The notes below the pieces were generated by a model that had not been told where the DNA came from, did not search any database, and saw nothing but the letters and a program-made list of their open reading frames with translations. A stretch of 64,000 bases of DNA from an uncultured Gammaproteobacteria bacterium (GTDB taxonomy: Bacteria; Pseudomonadota; Gammaproteobacteria; UBA9214): positions 192,001 through 256,000 of the forward strand of contig CAVYZN010000008.1 of NCBI GenBank assembly GCA_963773065.1. Reading direction: 5' to 3'. The first letter of the stretch is position 1. Each line of letters starts with the position of its first letter. The translations under genes and the position numbers were made by a program. Of this stretch, positions 1-11,048 are shown piece after piece.

Positions 1-781
1 TACATCACGCCCGCCACGGATGACCGGCCCTATTTCTTTCACTTCTTCAAGTGGGAAATACTCCCCGAGATCCTGGCCCTGCGCGGCCAGGGAGGACTGC
101 CGCTGCTGGAGGCGGGTTATCTGGTGATGGTGGCGACGCTCCTGCAGGCGATCGTCTTCAGCAGCCTCTTCATCCTGCTGCCGCTGTGGATGCTGCGGCG
201 GGTGACGCCGGCGCCGCCGTCTGAGATTCGGCCCATTCGCATCGTGCTGTATTTTTTCGCCATCGGGCTGGCGTTCCTGTTCATCGAGATCGCCTTCATC
301 CAGAAATTCATCCTCTTTCTGCATCACCCGCTCTATGCCGTGGCCACGGTACTGACCGCTTTCCTGGTCTTTGCCGGGCTGGGCAGCGCCGCCTTATCCC
401 GTCTCCGCGAGGATACCGTCTCCCCTCTCCCGGCTGGCCGGCAGGGCCGTGGCCGGCATCATCGTGCTCGGCCTCGCCTACGGCTTCCTGCTGAGTCCCT
501 TGTTCGACAACCTGATGAGCCAGTCCATGGCATTGCGGGTACTCGTCACCGTGCTGCTGATCGCACCCCTGGCTTTCTGCATGGGCATGCCGTTTCCCCT
601 CGGGCTGGCGCGCATCGGCGCAGGGTTGCCCGGTTACATACCCTGGGCTTGGGGCATCAACGGCTGCGCCTCGGTCGTGAGCGCGGTCATGGCGTCCTTG
701 CTTGCGATCCAGTTTGGCTTTACGTTTGTCATCATCTCGGCATTGCTGTTGTACCTGGCGGCGGCAATGACGTTTCCCTGA
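1..781 (+). CDS. C-terminal part of a spermidine-synthase-like/SAM-dependent methyltransferase membrane protein (5'-truncated by the window edge; frameshift near 400-430)
   Basis: Frame 1 reads YITPATDDRPYFFHFF...FLFIEIAFIQKFILFL; ORF 371-781 supplies GMPFPLGL...WAWGINGCASV, typical of this family. Confidence 0.7.
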
Positions 782-875
782 AAGGCGCGCGTACCCCATG
801 ACGCAGCGCACGACATGGCCAAGCTTATGTCGCCTACCGCCGGGTACAGCGTTACGCACAAGAGAGATACTCGTT

Positions 876-1067
876 ATGCGCCTGCACGGTCCCAACCTGT
901 CTGAAGAACCGGAGATTCCGCCGGGATCACCGCCGGAGGAACCGCCGCCCGAGGTGCCGCCCGGCATTCCGCCGCAAGGGCCGCCCGAATCCACGCCCGA
1001 GCCACCGCCGGAAATAGCGCCCGGACAGCCGATGGAGATTCCGCCATACACGCCGTGGGAAATCTGA
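876..1067 (+). CDS. Small Pro/Glu-rich hypothetical protein (63 aa)
   Basis: ATG at 876 preceded by AGAGAG; repeated EIPP/PPE motifs. Confidence 0.5.
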   Translation: MRLHGPNLSEEPEIPPGSPPEEPPPEVPPGIPPQGPPESTPEPPPEIAPGQPMEIPPYTPWEI

Positions 1068-1217
1068 CGCCGCCTTTTGCTATAACCTGTTGTAATGTCA
1101 GTAAACCCTGACAGGCGCTTCCGGTTCCCGAAGAAATCCGTATGATGGCCGCCGCAAGCAGCCGGCCGTATCGCCGGTTTTTTATGATCAACCAACGACA
1201 CCGATCCGGAGAGCGGC

Positions 1218-1499
1218 ATGGCATCAAACCCCGACGAACTGACAGTGACTTATGAAGAGGACGGCATCGAAACCGTCAAGGAACTGGATAAGGAAATCCT
1301 CAGCAAGGGCGCCTGGTGTACGATAATTTTCCGCTACCAGGACTGGGACCGCGCGAAACAGCACTACGGTCCGGATAAATATTCGATTCGCCGTTACCAG
1401 AAGCGGGGCGGCGAGTACCAGCAGAAATCCAAGTTCAACATCTCCAGCAAGGACCAGGCCGAGAAGATCATCGCGGCGCTGGAGAAATGGATCAAGTAA
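1218..1499 (+). CDS. Conserved hypothetical protein (93 aa)
   Basis: GGAGAG RBS, host-like codon usage, globular-looking sequence (LSKGAWCTIIFRYQDW...RRYQKRGGEY). Confidence 0.8.
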   Translation: MASNPDELTVTYEEDGIETVKELDKEILSKGAWCTIIFRYQDWDRAKQHYGPDKYSIRRYQKRGGEYQQKSKFNISSKDQAEKIIAALEKWIK

Positions 1500-1680
1500 G
1501 CGGCCATTCCTTTCCGTTGTTAAGACCATCACGAGTAATGGAGCGATCGGCCGTCACGGGCGCATCATGCGCACCGGGCATGGCAGGTTTATTAACAGGG
1601 AATAACGGTGTCTTCGGATCGGCAACGGTGTGCAGCAAGGCCGGCGCGAGGCTTACTCCGACAACCGGAACGGCCTCAGG

Positions 1681-1857
1681 CTATTCCTCGGTCAACACGT
1701 CGTAGATCTGCTCCTTCAGTATTTCCTCTTCGCGCATCTCTTCAAGCCGGCGCCGCGCCAGTGCCCGGCGCAGCGCCTTGAGTGCGGCAAGGCCCTTGCG
1801 GCGTCCTTTGCCAGACTTACGTTTGCCGAAAACCCTGTCGTGAGTTGCAACGCTCAT
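1681..1857 (-). CDS. Small basic/acidic protein (58 aa), PA3496-family-like; below the ORF track cutoff
   Basis: Manual translation MSVATHDRVFGKRKSGKGRRKGLAALKALRRALARRRLEEMREEEILKEQIYDVLTEE*; G-rich RBS; C-terminal RRRLEExREE...xxDV pattern. Confidence 0.55.
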   Translation of the reverse strand: MSVATHDRVFGKRKSGKGRRKGLAALKALRRALARRRLEEMREEEILKEQIYDVLTEE

Positions 1858-2099
1858 GCTACACCCCCCATTGTGCGATCCGGAAAAGTAACGGATATAG
1901 CTGCACCATGAAGGACGTATCGGCCACCGCAGGATGGCCCTTTAGTTGACATCCCCGCGCCCCATTTGGCTCCCGCCAGACTCGATAGGGAGGCGATCAC
2001 GGGCTTGCGGCCATGGAAACCGAAAATGCCATACTCAAGCGGCATTTTAGGTATAAACTTTCAGGGAACTCACAGGCAGGACGAAGGTTCCAAACGGTT

Positions 2100-2684
2100 A
2101 TGATGAAGCGTCCCGTGAATCGACTCATGCTCCTCGGCTGGTGTTGTCTAACGGCGCTGCTGGCGTCTGTGGCGCACGCGGAAGCGATCTATACGTGGGT
2201 GGACGGCTTCGGTGTTACCCACTTCAGCGAAACCCCGCCGCTGGATCCCGCTGTTCAACCCGCCATGATCGAGGTTACGCCTCCACCGCCGGGACCGCCG
2301 CCGGAATATGACGATTACTACTCCGTCATCCGGCAAGCGGAACGCATGGAAAGACGCCGCCTGGAGAACGAGAAACTCGAGGCGGAACGCCTGCAGGCCG
2401 AGGCGGAGGCGCTACGCGCCCGGATGGAGGCCGAGCAGGCCATGCAACCGCCCGAGAACTATGCGGACGAAGATTCCCAGTACCTGCCCGTTTACCCTTA
2501 CTATCCGTACTATCGCCCGGGGTATGGCGACAAACCCTGGCGCCCCGGCAACTGGCCGGGTCGGCCCGGACATTGGCCCGATCAGCCCGGGCACTGGCCG
2601 GGGCAGCCCGACCACCTGCGCCCGGGGTTCGGCTTCAGGCCGGCGCCGCATCGCGTCATCAGCGCCATTCCACCGAAGCCCTGA
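2100..2684 (+). CDS. DUF4124 domain secreted protein
   Basis: Signal peptide followed by IYTWVDGFGVTHFSETPP, a coiled-coil, and a Pro/Gly/Trp-rich tail. Confidence 0.8.
   Translation: MMKRPVNRLMLLGWCCLTALLASVAHAEAIYTWVDGFGVTHFSETPPLDPAVQPAMIEVTPPPPGPPPEYDDYYSVIRQAERMERRRLENEKLEAERLQAEAEALRARMEAEQAMQPPENYADEDSQYLPVYPYYPYYRPGYGDKPWRPGNWPGRPGHWPDQPGHWPGQPDHLRPGFGFRPAPHRVISAIPPKP
2544..2627 (+). repeat. Imperfect 21-bp tandem repeat (x4) encoding PG(N/H)WP(G/D)(R/Q)
   Basis: cccggcaactggccgggtcgg / cccggacattggcccgatcag / cccgggcactggccggggcag / cccgaccacctgcgcccgggg. Confidence 0.7.
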
Positions 2685-2834
2685 CATCACACGGCGCATT
2701 CCGGGCGGGTTGGGCACATTATTTCCTTTGCAGCATTAATGAAATCAACCCGGTCTGCGGCTGAGTCTTAGCGCCGCACGCCCGGAGGCGTTAAGATACC
2801 GGCAAGGCGGCGCGCGCCACCCGTTGGATCGGCC

Positions 2835-3104
2835 ATGAGCAACGAAGACGACAGCCTGTTCGAGTTTCCCTGCGACTTCCCCATCAAGGCGATGGGAAGG
2901 GCGGGCCGTGACCTGGATATGACCGTGGTCGGCATCGTGCGCCGGCATGCACCCGACATCAGCGAGGGCAAGGTCTACACGCGCGACAGCGCGCAGGGAA
3001 ACTACACCGCGGTGACCGTCATCGTCCGCGCCACCAGCCGGGCGCAACTGGACGCGATCTACCAGGACCTGGTCGACTGCGCCGATGTCATCATGGCGCT
3101 TTGA
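2835..3104 (+). CDS. ybeD: DUF493 family protein YbeD
   Basis: FEFPCDFPIKAMG...GNYTAVTV...QLDAIYQDL; lies upstream of lipB. Confidence 0.9.
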   Translation: MSNEDDSLFEFPCDFPIKAMGRAGRDLDMTVVGIVRRHAPDISEGKVYTRDSAQGNYTAVTVIVRATSRAQLDAIYQDLVDCADVIMAL

Positions 3105-3173
3105 ATGACGGTCATGACGGTCATGTCCGCCCTGCCCGATTACCCACGCGCACCGCGACCGCCCGCCCTGTAG

Positions 3174-3782
3174 GTGCGCCACTGGGGTCTGGCCGACTAT
3201 GCAACCACCTGGCGGGAAATGCAGTCATACACCGCCGCACGCACGGTGGAATCGGCGGATGAGCTGTGGTTCCTGCAGCACCCGCCGGTATTCACCCTCG
3301 GGCGCAACGGTGTAACGGAACATGTGCGCGAGACGGGAAACATCCCCGTCATCCACGTGGATCGCGGCGGGCAGGTCACCTATCACGGCCCCGGCCAACT
3401 GGTGGTGTATGTGCTGCTCGACCTGAACCGCCGCCGGCTGGGCATACAATCGCTGGTGCGCGCGCTGGAGCAGGCGGTGATCGACCTGCTGGCGGATTAT
3501 TCGCTCTCCGGCAGGCGACGCGTGAAGGCGCCGGGGGTCTACGTGGACGGGCGCAAGATCGCCGCGCTGGGGCTGCGCGTCAAACGCGGCTGCTCCTATC
3601 ATGGCCTCAGCCTCAACGTGGACATGGATCTGGCGCCATTTTCACTGATCGACCCGTGCGGCTTCCCCGGTCTAGAAGTCACTCAGCTCGCGGATCTGGG
3701 CGTAGCCGCACCGCTTGATGCCGTGACGGTGCGGTATCAGGAACACCTTGAACGCTTGTTGAGCAGGCCAGACCATGAGTGA
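3174..3782 (+). CDS. lipB: Lipoyl(octanoyl) transferase
   Basis: [30 protein letters not shown] motifs; an upstream in-frame ATG (3123) is separated by TAG at 3171. Confidence 0.95.
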   Translation: MRHWGLADYATTWREMQSYTAARTVESADELWFLQHPPVFTLGRNGVTEHVRETGNIPVIHVDRGGQVTYHGPGQLVVYVLLDLNRRRLGIQSLVRALEQAVIDLLADYSLSGRRRVKAPGVYVDGRKIAALGLRVKRGCSYHGLSLNVDMDLAPFSLIDPCGFPGLEVTQLADLGVAAPLDAVTVRYQEHLERLLSRPDHE

Positions 3783-4713
3783 CAGTGACATAAAACAGCG
3801 CGGTGCGGCCAAGACCGCGCGCATCCCGATCAAGATCGAGACCACCACGCGGCCGTTGCGCAAGCCGCAGTGGATCCGCGCCCGCTCCCCGGCCAACCCG
3901 GCGGTGGGGCGGCTCAAGGGCGTGCTGCGCGAGAACCGCCTGCACACGGTGTGCGAGGAGGCCTCCTGTCCGAATATCGGCGAGTGCTTCGCCGGCGGCA
4001 CGGCGACCTTCATGATCATGGGCGACATCTGCACACGGCGCTGCCCATTCTGCGACGTCGCCCACGGCCGGCCTCAGCCGCTCGATGCGGACGAGCCGGA
4101 AAACCTGGGGCGCACCATCCGCCAGATGGGCCTGCGCTACGTCGTGGTCACCTCGGTGGACCGCGATGACCTGCGCGATGGCGGCGCGGCGCACTTCGCC
4201 GCCTGCATCGAGGCAATCCGCCGGCACAGCCCGGCGATCCGGGTGGAGGTGCTGGTGCCGGATTTCCGCGGCCGCATGGACCGCGCGTTGGAGATCCTCA
4301 ACCACTCCCCGCCGGACGTCTTCAACCACAACCTGGAAACCGTGTCACGGCTGTATAAAAAGGTCCGGCCCGGCTCCGATTATGCCTGGTCGCTGGATCT
4401 GCTGCGGCGCTTCAAGGCCCTGCATCCGCATGTGCCCACCAAGTCGGGCCTCATGCTGGGCGTCGGCGAGACCCTCGAGGAAGTGGAACAGGTGATGCGC
4501 GACCTGCGCGGCCATGGCTGCAACATGCTCACCCTCGGCCAGTACCTGCAGCCGAGCGTGCATCACCTGGCGGTGGAACGCTATGTCCACCCGGATGAAT
4601 TCGACCGCCTCGGGGTACTCGGCTATGAACTCGGCTTCAGCCACGTCGCCAGCGGTCCCATGGTGCGATCCTCGTACCACGCCGACCGGCAGGCGCATGA
4701 GGTCGTCGGCTGA
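3775..4713 (+). CDS. lipA: Lipoyl synthase
   Basis: [24 protein letters not shown] motifs. Confidence 0.97.
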   Translation: MSDSDIKQRGAAKTARIPIKIETTTRPLRKPQWIRARSPANPAVGRLKGVLRENRLHTVCEEASCPNIGECFAGGTATFMIMGDICTRRCPFCDVAHGRPQPLDADEPENLGRTIRQMGLRYVVVTSVDRDDLRDGGAAHFAACIEAIRRHSPAIRVEVLVPDFRGRMDRALEILNHSPPDVFNHNLETVSRLYKKVRPGSDYAWSLDLLRRFKALHPHVPTKSGLMLGVGETLEEVEQVMRDLRGHGCNMLTLGQYLQPSVHHLAVERYVHPDEFDRLGVLGYELGFSHVASGPMVRSSYHADRQAHEVVG

Positions 4714-4737
4714 CAGAACGCCGCAGCGTCGGCGTGC

Positions 4738-6285
4738 TCACGCAACCACCAGGCACACCCCGCCGCGGCGCGGGTCGCCGGCGCCGCGCCGGCTCGCGCC
4801 CTCGCGCACCACGGTGTGCGCGCCGCCGAAGAACAGGTTGAGATCTTCCCAGAGGTGATGGGAGGGATACGCCGCGAGCAGCTCGCCCAGGCGCTCCGTC
4901 TCGAAGCCACCCTCGACGCTGAGATGCCCGTCCTCGAGATGGATACGCGGGGCGGTGACCGCTTCTTCGACGTCCATGCCGAAGTCGACCAGGTTAGAGA
5001 CCACCTGCAGGATGGCGGAGCGGATGCGGTTGGAGCCGCCGGAGCCGAGGGCGGCCACCCGGCCGTCGGGGAAATTGAGCAGCGTCGGCGCCATCATGGA
5101 GGTCATGCGGGTGTCCGTGGGCCAGCGGTGGAAGCCGCCCGGGTTGAGGTCCTGCTCGCCGAGCATGTTGTTCAACATGATGCCGGTGCCCGGTATCAGG
5201 CAGCCGGAGCCCTCCCCGTTCGAGATGCTGAGCGAGGCGACATTGCCGCGCGCGTCGATGACGCCGATGTGGGTCGTGCCGCGCCGGGCCGGCGCGTGCC
5301 CGGCGAGCAGGCGGCGGTAGCGGGCGATGAAGTCCGGATCCAGCAGCAAGGCATCGTCCGGGTGGACCGTCGACCCGTGCGCGCAGGCCGCCAGGCGCGC
5401 CTCCTGCGTCAACGCCAGCACGCGCGCCAGCCTTGTCAGATGACCGGCGCTGCCGAAGCCCGCCGCGGCGATATCGGCGGCGGCCAGCAATTGCAGCTCG
5501 AAGGCGACCAGCAAACCGCCCGAGGCGGGCGGCGGATTCGTGGACAGCCGCACACCGCGGTAATCGAGGGCGAGCGGCCGGCGCGGGATCATCGCGTAGC
5601 CGGCCAGATCCTCGGCCTCGAGGTGGCCGCCCGAGCGCATGTCGCGCACGATCGCCGCCGCGATCTCGCCGCGGTAGAAGAGGTCCTCGCCCTCGACGGC
5701 CAGGCTCTCCAGGGTGTCGGCCAGCGCCGGCTGGCGCAGCGTCTCGCCCTCGCCGAGCAGACGTCCCGCCTCATTGTGACTGCCGTAGATGTTCATCGCG
5801 GCGGGGCTCGATCGATAGATGGCCGCGATGATGCCGAAGATGTACGCCTGCAGGGCATGCACCCTGATGCCCTCGTGCGCGTGGCGCACGGCCTGGTGGA
5901 GGATGTCGCGCATCGGCAGGCTGCCGAGGTCGCGGTGCGCCGCGAACAGCCCGCGCACCATGCCCGGCGTGGCGACCGCGCCCTGGCCGATATGGAACTC
6001 CTGCGCCGCCGTGCCGAAATCGGCGATGATGGGCCGGAAGTTGAGCTCGGACGCCTCGCGCCGCCGGCGTGGCGTCTGCACGAAGAAGTCATAAAGGCGC
6101 GCCGCCTCCCGCTCCGGCTGCGCCAGCAGGAACCCGCCGCCGCCGAGGGAAGCGAGCGCCGGCTCGACCACGCAGGCCGTGGCGAGCGCCGCCAGCGCCG
6201 CATCGAAGGCGTTGCCGCCGGCGCGCAGTATCTCCGCGCCGCTCTGCGCCGTCAGTTCATGTCCGGCCGCGATGACCCCGCTCAT
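4738..6285 (-). CDS. Gamma-glutamyltransferase family protein
   Basis: GGNAFDAA, GGGGF, catalytic TTHI, LNNMLGE, GSGGSNRI. Confidence 0.9.
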   Translation of the reverse strand: MSGVIAAGHELTAQSGAEILRAGGNAFDAALAALATACVVEPALASLGGGGFLLAQPEREAARLYDFFVQTPRRRREASELNFRPIIADFGTAAQEFHIGQGAVATPGMVRGLFAAHRDLGSLPMRDILHQAVRHAHEGIRVHALQAYIFGIIAAIYRSSPAAMNIYGSHNEAGRLLGEGETLRQPALADTLESLAVEGEDLFYRGEIAAAIVRDMRSGGHLEAEDLAGYAMIPRRPLALDYRGVRLSTNPPPASGGLLVAFELQLLAAADIAAAGFGSAGHLTRLARVLALTQEARLAACAHGSTVHPDDALLLDPDFIARYRRLLAGHAPARRGTTHIGVIDARGNVASLSISNGEGSGCLIPGTGIMLNNMLGEQDLNPGGFHRWPTDTRMTSMMAPTLLNFPDGRVAALGSGGSNRIRSAILQVVSNLVDFGMDVEEAVTAPRIHLEDGHLSVEGGFETERLGELLAAYPSHHLWEDLNLFFGGAHTVVREGASRRGAGDPRRGGVCLVVA

Positions 6286-6456
6286 GGACCGTCGTTATCC
6301 CTTACCGTGACCCGGTAGGCATGATACCGGAGCGCGGCGCCGGGCCGCAGTAAATCTCACGGACAAGCATCGCGGGCGGATCCGCCCCATCAATGGTCAC
6401 CCGGTGATTTCAGGATGCGAATGCCTGCACTGATAGCGCCAAGCTGCAGTGGCTCA

Positions 6457-6559
6457 GTCCCGGGATGGGCTTGCCGGAACCGTGTGAATCGCCAGGACGG
6501 CGGCACGCGCGCCTACAGGGACGTATTCACGGCGTGTTCCGACAAGCCCATCCCGGGAC
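6457..6559. repeat. Stem-loop repeat with a conserved TACAGGGACGTATTCAC core (copy A)
   Basis: 24-bp arms gtcccgggatgggcttgccggaac / gttccgacaagcccatcccgggac; same core as 26252-26353. Confidence 0.8.
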
Positions 6560-6693
6560 CGGGTGACATGACTCGTGATGGTCTTGCTAACGGGTCCGTC
6601 GTTGCCTTTTCTATAGATAAATCCGCGATAGCCGATAGCACCGGTGTGAATTTTCAGTTGATTTCCGGTGAGTTGTCTATAGGCAGATCCTAT

Positions 6694-8989
6694 ATGAGCA
6701 CAAACAGAAAGAGTCCCTCAGATGGCTATGAAGGTTTGAGTCTGCCGCGCCGGCTGGTTGCCATAACCTTTGTTATCTGCGCGCTGTGGTACCTCGGCTG
6801 GCGCGCCACGACGCTGAACCCGGAGGCTTATATCTTCTCCTGGGTGCTCTATGGCGCGGAATTGTTCGGCTTTCTTACCGCGATGCTGCACCTGTTCATG
6901 ACCTGGCGGCTGACCGTGCGGAACTCACCCGTCGTTCCCGCGGGCATGAGCGTCGATGTCTTCATACCCACTATCAACGAATCCGCAGCGATCGTCCGCC
7001 GCACCCTGATGGCGGCCCGGCACATGGACTACCCGCACGAGACCTGGCTGCTCGATGACGGCAACCGTCCGGAGATGGCGCGGCTCGCCGCGGAACTAGG
7101 CTGCCCGGTATCTGGCGCGGGGCGACAACCGGCATGCCAAAGCCGGCAACCTCAACCATGCGCTCGCACAGAGTCAGGGCGAGTTTATAGCGATTTTCGA
7201 CGCCGATCATGCCCCGCAGCGCCATTTCCTGGAGCGTACGCTGGGCTACTTCGCCGATGAGAAGGTCGCCTTCGTCCAGACGCCGCAGGACTTCTACAAC
7301 CTGGATTCCTACCAGCACCGGCGCAACAAGGACGGCCGCCAGGTGTGGACCGAGCAGTCGCTGTTCTTCCGAGTCATCCAGCGCGGCAAGGATTACTGGA
7401 ATGCCGCCTTCTTCTGCGGGAGCTGCGCCGTCCTGCGGCGCAGCGCGCTGGAAACTATCGGCGGCTTCGCCACGGAAACCGTCACCGAGGACCTGCACAC
7501 CTCCCTGCGGCTGCATATGCAGGGCTTCCGGTCGGTGTACCATGGAGAGTCGCTCGCCTTCGGGCTGGCCCCCGATACCTTCAGCGCCTTTCTCGGGCAG
7601 CGGGTGCGCTGGGGCGAGGGGGCCATGAAGGTATGGCGCACCGAAGGCATTTTGTTCAACCGCCGTTTGAACCTGGCGCAGCGGATCAATTACTTTGCCT
7701 CCGTGCTGACCTACTTCGACGGCTGGCAGAAAATGGCCTTCTATGTCGCCCCGGCGATCGTTTTGGTAACCGGCAAGTTGCCGATCTTTACCACCGCGGA
7801 GAACTTCCTGCTGCACTTCCTTCCCTATTTCCTGCTGACCCTATGGGTCTTCGAGGAGGTTGGGCGCGGCTACAGCAGTTTCGTGACCATAGAGCAATAC
7901 AACATGGCGCGCTTTGTCGCGTTTGCGCGCGCCACCCTGGGCTGGGTGACCGGCGGCAGGAAGTTCCGGGTCACCCCCAAGGGCGTCCCGGCGAATATGC
8001 TCGAGCAAATCCGGATCATTCCGCAATACCTGGTGCTTGCGCTCAATCTGTACGCCATCCCGATCGGCTATCTTGTTCTACCAGAAGAATGCATGGCTGC
8101 CCGCGGGTGGCGTCGCCGCCAATATCGTGTGGGCGTCCATCAATGCCCTGCTGGCCTATTCCGTGGTGACCTTCACGATTCAGCGGAAACTAGCAGCGGG
8201 CGGAATACCGCTTTGGCGTGCCCGTGCCGGCGAGGATCAGGCAGAAAGAGGCATGGGTCTACGGCACCGTCGACGATATATCCTCGGCCGGTCTCAGGCT
8301 CCATGCGCGTCTCTCCGATGACCGCCTGCCCGGCGAGAGTCTGCAGGGACAGCTCTGGTTGCCGGGGTCCTGCCTGCCCTTCGAGGCGACGATCAAGCGG
8401 CTGATTACCAGCCATGATCGAGGGTGTCATCACGTCAAGGCCTATGGTCTTGAATTCAACTGGCGGGATCAGGCGCAGCGGGATCAACTGGACCGGTTCC
8501 TGTATGGTTCGGAACTGCAGTGGCATGTACAGGAACTGCAGGAAACCAGCCGCACCCCGCTGCAATGGCTGGGCGAGTATCCTCTCCAGGCCCTGGGATT
8601 TCGCCCGGCGTATGTCTCCCTGCTGGGAAGCCTTCGTGTATACCCTACCCGGCGGTGGAACCGAGGATGAAGCCATCGGCCTGATCAGGGCCGGCAGGGA
8701 GAAGCCTGCCGCACCGACACTGCTCCTCTATCATCCGCTCAAACCCGGCGCCCTGATCACGGGGCGCGTCATTACCCCCATGAACGAGGAACACCTGACG
8801 CTGTGCGCCACCACGGTCAAAGAACTCGAATCCCCGCTCACCCCCGTCTTTCTGATCGGCGCCTCGGTGCCTGAGATCCGCCACGACGAAGCGCAGGCGT
8901 ACAAGGTGCGCAGACTCTCCGGCGCGCAGGCACGCAAACCGGCAATGGACGCAGCCGCGCAGGCAGGCGGCAAGCGGGGCGTATCATGA
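6694..8989 (+). CDS. Cellulose-synthase(BcsA)-like GT2 with PilZ domain (about four frameshifts)
   Basis: DVFIPT, LLDDG, HAKAGNLN, FDADH, QTPQ, FFCGS, TED, QRVRW, FRVTPKG; PilZ motifs RAEYR and DISSAG. Confidence 0.85.
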
Positions 8990-9678
8990 GCCCGGCACGG
9001 CTTTTATTGCTGTGCCTGCTGCTCGCAACGGGCACGCAGGCCGGGGCTGAGGGCAAGCTGGCGCTCGCCGGGGCGGAGTACGGCGTTGACAATGCCTACT
9101 ATTATGCCGGCCTACTCGTGCCCTTCCCCGGCAGCGATCTCGGCAACGGGTTCGTCCAGCGCTAATGGGTCGACTGGCTGCGCTATGAATACGACAACGG
9201 CAATGAGACCGTAACGGCGAAAGCCCCCGGCGCCGCCGTGGCGCTGGGCTATTCAAGATCCGCCGAAGCGGGATCCATCGGCGTCTATGCCGGTCCGGTC
9301 TATCGCAACACCAGCCTCTCGCCCGATGACCGCGACAGCGACGTGCGCGGCGGGCAATGGGGCGTCAACTTGAGCCTGCAGGGCGAGCGCAAACTCGATG
9401 AACGCTGGCGCGCCAATGGCATCGCGAGCTACACCACCGGCACGGCCTCCTACTGGACGCGCGCGCGACTGACCAGAAAAATTGATAGCCACCACGAGAT
9501 CGGCATGGAGGCCATCGCCCACGGCAACGACGACTACACCGCCTGGCAGGCCGGCCTCGTGATGCTCGGCTTCCAGCCGGCGCCGCACACCTCGCTCGGA
9601 TTCAAGGCCGGCACCAGAAAAACCAGCGGCGAAGACTTCTCCGGTTACCTCGGCATCGAACTGGCGCGGGATTTCTAG
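8986..9678 (+). CDS. bcsS: BcsS-like beta-barrel protein with an in-frame TAA at 9163-9165 (error or pseudogene)
   Basis: Signal peptide, alternating beta-strand pattern, C-terminal F; ATG overlaps the stop of the GT2 gene; ORF 9238-9678 is in frame with ATG 8986. Confidence 0.65.
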
Positions 9679-9772
9679 CACTGCTGGAGTGAAGGGAGTC
9701 GCCTGGAAGAGATGGCGGCGATATACGTAGAAACCGAAACACGACCTTAAGGGGCAGCCTTAAGCTGTCCCC

Positions 9773-9805
9773 AGACAAAAGCCCCTCATCCAGGGGCTTT
9801 TGTCT
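9773..9805. terminator. Perfect hairpin, probable bidirectional terminator
   Basis: agacaaaagcccct-catcc-aggggcttttgtct. Confidence 0.65.
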
Positions 9806-9951
9806 GTCCAGTGCAAGCCAGGTTTGTTTTTCCTTTTAGGCCATGCTATATGGCGTCAAGCGATTGATTTCATATGAGTCAATTTTTAAAAATGACCGAA
9901 AAGTCATAAGACAAACCCGACTTTTTAGCCCTCTAATTAGTAGCGACATGA

Positions 9952-10514
9952 GTGAGCGCAATGCCTGATCCTGACCCGACTTGGCTAGATTACCTCTCGG
10001 CGATCGGGGCCATCACGACACCTATTCTCGTGCTCGGTCTCACCGCAATGGGTTGGAAGATCCGCCACGGCCTAGAACGGCGCTTCGACCTTGATGCGAA
10101 ACTTCGCGAAGATCGGATCACCGCCTACAACGAGATCCTCGAGCCTTTCATCATCCTACTCATGTCGGACCCTGCATGGAAGGCGGATCCCAAAAACAAG
10201 GGCAAAGACAAGAACCAACTTGCCATGCAGACGATGCTTTCGCTGGCATATCGGCGACATGCATTCAAGTTATCTCTCGTTGGCGCTGACAGCGTGGTTA
10301 AAAGGCCTACAACAACCTCATGCAGCACGTCTTTCATCGTGGTGATGGCGATGCGGCCGACGGTACGGCCAGATCAGATCCCCGGGAACTCATAGGACTG
10401 CTTGGCAGCTTTCTGCTTGAGATTCGGAAGAGCATGGGAAATGAGACAACCACCCTCGATAGATGGAACATGCTAGAGTGGTTTCTCACGGACGCGAGAA
10501 CGATGCGGGTATAA
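9952..10514 (+). CDS. Hypothetical membrane-anchored protein, integron-cassette-like (frameshift near 10300)
   Basis: ORFs 9952-10395 and 10320-10514 join into one protein with an N-terminal TM helix; followed by an attC-like site. Confidence 0.65.
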
Positions 10515-10574
10515 ACAAACCGATGTAGCCAGACTGCGGCTACACCGCCGCCGCTGATCGGCATGGCGTTGCTG
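10510..10574 (+). other. Degenerate integron attC-like site
   Basis: TATAAAC (R''), CCGATGTAGC (L'') pairing with GCTGATCGG (L') leaving one extrahelical base, then GTT (R'). Confidence 0.55.
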
Positions 10575-10580
10575 AGGGTT

Positions 10581-10806
10581 AAAGGGGCCAGGCTCGATTT
10601 AACTCGTGGTAGCATACGCGATGGCGATCAACCAGAGCCAGCCCTCGGGCAATTGACGCTTCTATGCCCGGATAGAGTGCATGACCGGGCAACGGCGTGA
10701 GGCGAAGCCGCGTGGCAGGTCAAGGCTGAAGGAGACCACGAACGATGCGCCGCTACAGGGCAAGGCGAGTCGGGGGGATCGAGAAAAACGCGAGCATGGT
10801 CCCTTT
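10581..10806 (+). mobile_element. Non-autonomous mini-element, copy 1: TIRs AAAGGGGCCAGGCTCG / CGAGCATGGTCCCTTT around a Y1/HUH transposase C-terminal fragment
   Basis: Homologous to 21796-22025 and 23474-23661; encodes an INQSQPxGN.RFYARIExMTGQRREAKPRGR-like tail. Confidence 0.75.
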
Positions 10807-11048
10807 AGTACATCCCGTTGATCTACTGGGCTGCGATGAATCAGAACTTGCTGGTCTGCGCCTTAATAATCGGCATCATGGTCTGGCTCCCCGTTTCATG
10901 ACGCGATGCACGGCCACCCTGCGCTCGAGCGGACGCCTGGAAGCGTGATTGATGTGCGTTTGACACCGTGCTCTTTCAACCACAGTTGTCGCACCACACA
11001 GACCGAGCGTTATAACCCTTGACAAACCCCGGTGGAATAGGAAAACGA

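Noticed and set aside
3123-3176. In-frame TAG just upstream of the lipB GTG, suggesting stop-codon readthrough or recoding
   Set aside because: TAG is a normal stop in several genes here (surA, apaG, gcvPA); a GTG start or a base error explains it.
4816-6318. Long antisense ORFs (also 26466-28004, 28500-29798, 44633-45922, 59398-60633)
   Set aside because: Shadow ORFs produced by high GC3 opposite well-supported genes.
6611-6682. Inverted repeats in the leader of the BcsA-like gene as a c-di-GMP riboswitch
   Set aside because: Pairing exists (ctatagataa/ttgtctatag) but I could not see the conserved c-di-GMP aptamer motifs.
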